Origin: an uncultured Chloroflexia bacterium
Lineage (GTDB): Bacteria; Chloroflexota; Limnocylindria; Limnocylindrales; CSP1-4
Direction of reading: 5' to 3'
DNA length: 64,000 nucleotides
Assembly: GCA_963813535.1 (NCBI GenBank)
Contig: CAWEZH010000002.1
Coordinates: forward strand, 224,001 to 288,000
Part shown: positions 59,247 through 64,000 of the stretch, one piece after another
How the letters are laid out: each line of letters starts with the position of its first letter
How positions within the stretch are numbered: the stretch's first letter is position 1
Notes under the pieces: model-generated
The model's database searches: none
Seen by the model: the letters and a program-made list of their open reading frames with translations, nothing else
Told to the model about the DNA's origin: nothing
Translations under genes and position numbers: made by a program

Positions 59247-60947
59247 CTATCGGACGGCCGCCGGGTGGCACGCCGTCGCATCCGTGGCCGAACGCCGGGC
59301 GAGACCCGCAGTGACGAGGGTGGGGTCAAGCCGCTCCCAGGCCTCCACGAGGCCGCTGGCCGAGACTGCGACCCGCCGGTAGCGGGCCTCGAGCTGGCCT
59401 CGGAGGGAGGTCCATCCCTGGCTCGATAGCGTCTCCGCGGACGCCAGCGGGCGACCCATCACGATGACGTAGTCGATCTCACCATCCGGCCGCCTCCGGA
59501 ATGCTTCGAGGTCCACTCCCGGTGGCACATTGAACCCATCGGGATGGGACAGCAACCACCGGAACGGATCGTTGTCTGGTCGGTTCCGGTATAGGTAGAA
59601 CGGGAAGTGACCCTCCCAGTTGCTCAGGTCGTGCCCGCTCGTCGCCGCGGCGATCCGGCCCACCTCGGAGCCGCCGGGATCTGTGCGCCCGAGGGGACCC
59701 GCCGGGGGAAGGGCGAGGTTGGCCTGGATCATGGTCGATCGGAAGGCGACGCACGGCACCAGGGATTCGACTTCCTCGGCCGCGGCGCTGAGGCTCAGCG
59801 TCGTCGGGAGTCGCAGCACGAAGAGCGCCCCCGCAACCGCGAGGAAGGCCGTGGCGGCGACCTGCGCGCCGCGACGCGGTATGTCTTGCGCCGCGAGCCA
59901 CAGGACGAGTCCGTACACGGGGAACAGCGCGAGGCGCTCTGGAATGTAGCTGCCACCGCTCTGGACGCTCGCCGGTGCAACGAGTGCGACGAGCAAGGCC
60001 GAGCCAGCGTAGCCGAAGAGAGCGTCCTCATTGCGTAGCGAGCGGGGGCGCGCGCCGGCCCGCCGCCAGACCGCGACGAGGAGCAGCCCGGCGAGCGTCA
60101 GCGCAAGTCCGACCGCCGCGACTATCTCCAACGGATGGGCCGTCGCGAGGCCGATTGCGAGTCCCAGGATCCCGATGGCCTGGAGGACCGGGTTCAAGAA
60201 GTCGACGGGCGCCGCCGAGCTCGTAGTCAGGAGGAAGATCGCGGCGAGCGCGATCGACGGCAGGGCTCCAATCAGAAGCGGCAGCATCGCCAGTGTCGCT
60301 CGTGCCCCAGCGCGAGCACCGCCAGCCCGCCACGACCCGACGACCCGACTGGCACCCATCACAACCACGAAAAGACCAAGCTCGAGGAACGGCACCAGGT
60401 GGGAGACGTAAACGAGCAGGGCAAGCAGGCCGAAGACGATGGCCGTCCTCGAGCCAGGGGCCAGTCGATGCCGCCACGCGTATCCCGCCGCGACAAGGCA
60501 CAGGGCAACCCCGAAGCTGAAGTCGTAGAAACCGTACTGGAACGCGAACGTGAAAGTCAGCGGGATGGCGAGTAGGGCCAGCCAGTCCCGCCCGGGGTGA
60601 ATGCTCCGCACGGCGTAGAGCAGCCCCAACGGAATGGCGGCGACGTACGCAATCTGGAGGAGACGCTCGGCGCTCGCTGGATCTGAGACCAGCATGGCAA
60701 TTGCGAGCGCCAGCCCGGCCAGGAGGTTCGGGGCCGGGAACGGCGTCACTTCGACATACCGCAGGTGCAGCCCCCCGGCGCCCTGGAGAATGTCGCGGAT
60801 GAGCGCTGCCCCGCCGACGTGGGCAGCCCCGTCGACAGTCAGGTACCGCGGCACCATGAGCAGGAAGGCAGTCTCGGCGAGGACGGCCAGCCCGAGGATG
60901 ACGCGCGCGGAGGGTCGCCACGGCTCCTGCCTGTCGATCGCGCTCAC
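59247..60947 (-). CDS. Polytopic membrane protein, GT-C glycosyltransferase-like
   Basis: First TM followed by YLTVDGAAH, FQYGFYDF, about 11 TMs, soluble C-terminal domain. Confidence 0.6.
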   Translation of the reverse strand: MSAIDRQEPWRPSARVILGLAVLAETAFLLMVPRYLTVDGAAHVGGAALIRDILQGAGGLHLRYVEVTPFPAPNLLAGLALAIAMLVSDPASAERLLQIAYVAAIPLGLLYAVRSIHPGRDWLALLAIPLTFTFAFQYGFYDFSFGVALCLVAAGYAWRHRLAPGSRTAIVFGLLALLVYVSHLVPFLELGLFVVVMGASRVVGSWRAGGARAGARATLAMLPLLIGALPSIALAAIFLLTTSSAAPVDFLNPVLQAIGILGLAIGLATAHPLEIVAAVGLALTLAGLLLVAVWRRAGARPRSLRNEDALFGYAGSALLVALVAPASVQSGGSYIPERLALFPVYGLVLWLAAQDIPRRGAQVAATAFLAVAGALFVLRLPTTLSLSAAAEEVESLVPCVAFRSTMIQANLALPPAGPLGRTDPGGSEVGRIAAATSGHDLSNWEGHFPFYLYRNRPDNDPFRWLLSHPDGFNVPPGVDLEAFRRRPDGEIDYVIVMGRPLASAETLSSQGWTSLRGQLEARYRRVAVSASGLVEAWERLDPTLVTAGLARRSATDATACHPAAVR

Positions 60948-61046
60948 GACGCCCCTATCGTGCGATGGAGGATCCGATGAACGCAACACTCGCGACTGTC
61001 GCTCCGGCAGTGATGCCTGCCGGAGCCTCGGCTCGACCGCCTAGAC

Positions 61047-61620
61047 TGAACAGCCTCCGAGATGTAGCGACACATCTCGGTCATCGTGGGCGCATCTTCC
61101 GGGCTCCGATGAGTGCCTGCAAGGGCGTCCGACCCTGGGTCAGCCGGCCGGTGTGGGTGCGCTCCTCGTTGTAGAAGCGGAGGTATGCGGCAAGGTCGCG
61201 AGTCAGGCCGGTCAGCTTGGGCACCAGGCTGCGCGCGAGCGACGGCCGCCAGCACTCCTCGAGGATTGTCCGCTGGACGCGCTCGACGGCCCATTGGTGG
61301 CCGGCCGACCGGCCCGGATGAACGTCTGCTGAGCGCCCAGCGCGCGGACGCTGTCGCCGAAGACAGCCGAGCGGAACTCGCTGCCGTTGTCGGACAGGAC
61401 CCGCTCGAGCCGCCAGCCGCGGGCGTCCAGGTCAGCCGCCACCCGACGGGCGAGGGCCGATGTCCGGGCCGCACTCGGGTTGCGCGGGGTCGTCGCCAGC
61501 TCGGCCCAGACATAGCTCGTCGCGAGGTCGATCGCGGTGTACTGCTAGACCCGCCCGCTCGTGCCGGCCAAGCGGCCGACGTGGAAGCAGTCGAAGCCGA
61601 CCAGCTCGCCCGGGTTGTCG
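61047..61620 (-). mobile_element. IS481-family transposase remnant (5'-truncated pseudogene) with one terminal repeat
   Basis: PGELVGFDCFHVG...V*QYTAID...VLSDNGSEF...RPATNG/VERVQRT...YNEERTH; in-frame TAG and a frameshift; end-like sequence TGAACAGCCTCCGAGATGT at 61047. Confidence 0.85.
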
Positions 61621-61726
61621 ACGGGTCCCGGCCGACCAGGGCTCCGTTCCAACCTGCGACTGTGCAACTGACAGTCGCCTCTACGCTCGGGCCACCACTC
61701 ACGGAAGCACGTGGCATCGGCCGGTG

Positions 61727-61763
61727 CGCTTGGTCGTAGGTTCGAATCCTACCGCCGGAGCCA
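61727..61763 (+). repeat. att-like copy 3 of the tRNA-Asn 3' end (perfect)
   Basis: 37/37 identical to 52106-52142. Confidence 0.95.
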
Positions 61764-61796
61764 CTCCGTGACTGATCCGGACCGGTCAGGCCTCCC

Positions 61797-62438
61797 TCAC
61801 CTCTCGATGCGGTACTTGAGGTGCGCGACCCCGGGCGCTTCGATCGCGCGGACCTCCACGAGCTTCAGGTTCGGCCCCACACCGTCGAAAAGGCGGGCGC
61901 CTCCGCCCAGGAGGATCGGCGCGACGTGCAACTCCAGCTCGTCGACGAGACCGGCCGCCAGGTACTGGTTGATGACATCGGCGCCGCCGCCGATGAAGAC
62001 GTCCTTGTCGCCGGCGGCATCCCGCGCCCGCTCCAGGGCGGACTCGATCCCGTCGGTGACGAAGGTGAAGGTCGTGTCCGTGAGGATCAGCGGCTCGCGT
62101 TCGTGGTGGGTGAGGACGAAGACCGGCTTGTGGAATGGTGGGTCCTCGCCCCACCAGCCGCGCCATGGATCGTCGCCCCACGGCCCGCGGGTGGCCGGGC
62201 CGAACTTGCCCCGGCCCATGATCTCGGCGCCCACATTCGCCGTCTCCTCGACGACCACGGGATTGCTGGCGTTCTCTTCGCCGCCCTCCAGGCCGTTGTG
62301 CTCGCGCCACACTTTGAGCCGTGTCACCCAATCGTGAAGCCGTTCGCCGCCCTCGCCGAGAGGGTCCTGCTGGCTCTGGTTCGGGCCGGCCACGTAGCCG
62401 TCCAGCGAGGACGAGATGTGCACTCTTACCTTGCTCAT
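61797..62438 (-). CDS. Dihydrofolate reductase (RibD C-terminal) family protein
   Basis: SSLDGYVAGP, PPFHKPVFVLTH, GGADVINQYLAAGLVDE. Confidence 0.9.
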   Translation of the reverse strand: MSKVRVHISSSLDGYVAGPNQSQQDPLGEGGERLHDWVTRLKVWREHNGLEGGEENASNPVVVEETANVGAEIMGRGKFGPATRGPWGDDPWRGWWGEDPPFHKPVFVLTHHEREPLILTDTTFTFVTDGIESALERARDAAGDKDVFIGGGADVINQYLAAGLVDELELHVAPILLGGGARLFDGVGPNLKLVEVRAIEAPGVAHLKYRIER

Positions 62439-62453
62439 GTCCCTAAGTATCGG

Positions 62454-63338
62454 TCAGGCCGTCCCGTCCAGGACCTCGCGCAGCTTGGCGGCGAACGCAT
62501 CCGGGTCTCCGGTCTGGCCGTACTCGCCGCCGAGGAAACCACCATGGTCGCTCGGGAAGGTCACGGGCGACGTCCCCAGTCGCTCGGCCACGGCATGGGC
62601 GCCGCGGTTCGCCATCTCCCCTTCTGACTCCGAGCCTGCCGCCATGACGATCCTCGTCGAGGCGGCACGCAACGCATCGAAGTCGGGCTGGTACCCGATG
62701 GACCCGACCAGGGCCAGCCCAAGGAGGGGGTCGGTCCGCTAGCCATCGTCCTCGGCTGGCATGCCGAACATCTGGGGATCCGGCCCCGGCTGCGCCGCGA
62801 TGTCATCGGTGAACGCTCCGCGGTGGCTCACCACGGCGATGAAGTGGGCCATCCCCGCGCCCCAGCCGCGCTGCTCGTACGTCTCGTGGACCGCTCGGGC
62901 TGCGGCAAGCGCCGCCGTGCCGTCCGGCAGGATCACCGGGAGCGGCGGCTCGTGCGCGACCAGCGTCCGCACATCCTCCGGATGCGTCGTCACGAGCGCC
63001 AGCCCGTTGACCGCACCACCGCTACTGCCGAAGAGGTCGACCGGCCCGCCACCAAGCGCTCCGATGATGCGATGCAGGTCGTCGGCGTGCTGCTCGGGCG
63101 TGGGTGGCTTCGTTGGATCGGTCTGCTCGCTCCGCTCGACGCTGCGCGGGTCGTAGGTCACGACGGTGCGGTCGCCGAAATGTCCGCTGAGGGTCACGAA
63201 GCCCCCGGCGCCCATCGGCGAACCGATGAGGAACAGCATCGGTTCGGCGCTCGCGTCGTTGCGTCGGACGTCGTACGTCAGGGTGGCGCCGGGGACCGTG
63301 AGGGTATGGGTCGTCGGCTTGGTCGCTGTCGTCGTCAT
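62454..63338 (-). pseudogene. Alpha/beta hydrolase interrupted by an in-frame TAG at 62739-62741
   Basis: YDPRS, GSSGG nucleophile elbow, AHEPP; the frame continues after TAG to FPSDHGGF (catalytic His). Confidence 0.8.
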
Positions 63339-63365
63339 CGTGGGACTCCTTGGTCGCTGATCGGT

Positions 63366-63872
63366 CTAGGACCGGGCGGGCGAGTACTCGGCCAGGATCG
63401 CGTCGATCTGGCCGACCGCCTGCTTCAGACCGTCCTCCATACCCATGGCCAGGACCTGTTCCATGGCCTCGGTGCTCGGGAAGATGCTTTCGATCGACAT
63501 CCTCGTTCGGCCGTTGCCGGCCTCCTCGATCGCCACACGGACGGTGTTCATCGGCAGGTCGGTGTTCGTCGAGCCGTCATCGTTGGCGAAACCGTCGCGG
63601 AAGACGATGGACCGGGGCGCATCGACCTCCTCGACCTCCCAGAAGCCCTTCGGCTGGTCGCCCGTCGGGCCGGTCATGTGGTACTCGATCCGCCCACCGG
63701 GCGAGAGGTCGTGCGAGGTCACCGTCGCCGGATAGGTGGGCGGACCCCACCAGCGCTCCAGCAGGCGCGGGTCCGCCCACAGCTGCCAGACCCGTTCGGG
63801 CGAGGTCTCGAACTCCGCCTCCAGCAGCATGGTCAGCGCATTGGGATCCTTGTGGACGGCTGTAACGGTCAT
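63366..63872 (-). CDS. SRPBCC/AHSA1-domain protein
   Basis: PERVWQLWADPRLLERWWGP...GMEDG. Confidence 0.9.
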   Translation of the reverse strand: MTVTAVHKDPNALTMLLEAEFETSPERVWQLWADPRLLERWWGPPTYPATVTSHDLSPGGRIEYHMTGPTGDQPKGFWEVEEVDAPRSIVFRDGFANDDGSTNTDLPMNTVRVAIEEAGNGRTRMSIESIFPSTEAMEQVLAMGMEDGLKQAVGQIDAILAEYSPARS

Positions 63873-64000
63873 CGGTCTGCCTCTCTGGTGTATTCGGTGA
63901 CGAGCTCGGTCATCCGGACGATCCGGCCGCGCCACAGCTCCTCGTACTGGTCGAGCAGACGGCGCGCCACGCGCAGCCCCTCGAGATTCGTGCGGACGAC
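63869..64000 (-). CDS. ArsR-family regulator, C-terminal part (cut by window edge)
   Basis: ARRLLDQYEELWRGRI, typical of ArsR partners of SRPBCC genes; ATGA overlap. Confidence 0.7.
   Translation of the reverse strand, partial: VVRTNLEGLRVARRLLDQYEELWRGRIVRMTELVTEYTREADR

Larger units (their letters stand above)
52143..61763. mobile_element. Tandem array of three integrated cargo segments at tRNA-Asn
   Basis: tRNA 3'-half direct repeats end segments at 53577, 58954 and 61763; no integrase recognised. Confidence 0.75.

Noticed and set aside
53540-61763. Three additional tRNA genes
   Set aside because: Only the 3' half is present; there is no D-arm, anticodon or 5' acceptor strand

Overview
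High-GC bacterial chromosome segment. Gene style suggests Chloroflexota (Ca. Limnocylindria-like) or a related Terrabacteria lineage; this is inference only. The core part (1-52 kb) has an ABC exporter with a two-component system, vapBC, ettA, efeUOB, uvrD2, an ftsZ, deaD, dnaG-rpoD and many small accessory enzymes. From tRNA-Asn(GTT) at 52068-52142 there is a tandem array of three cargo segments. Each ends in a copy of the tRNA 3' half, two have conserved arm-like flanks, and none has a recognisable integrase. Main highlights: (1) a stand-alone FtsZ with an N-terminal transmembrane helix and intact catalytic and C-terminal motifs; (2) the integrase-less tRNA-Asn cassette array; (3) an XRE-HTH/PD-(D/E)XK-like gene flanked by GGAAC-N7-9-GTTCC palindromes that also occur as a solo MITE/REP-like element 15 kb away; (4) three unannotated structured RNA candidates, two with C-rich loops (6C-like) and one 180-nt rod (6S-like); (5) widespread leaderless starts. 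Several +1 frameshifts (kinase, efeU, efeO, LLM) look like sequencing or assembly errors. All calls come from reading the sequence by eye; no database searches were run.
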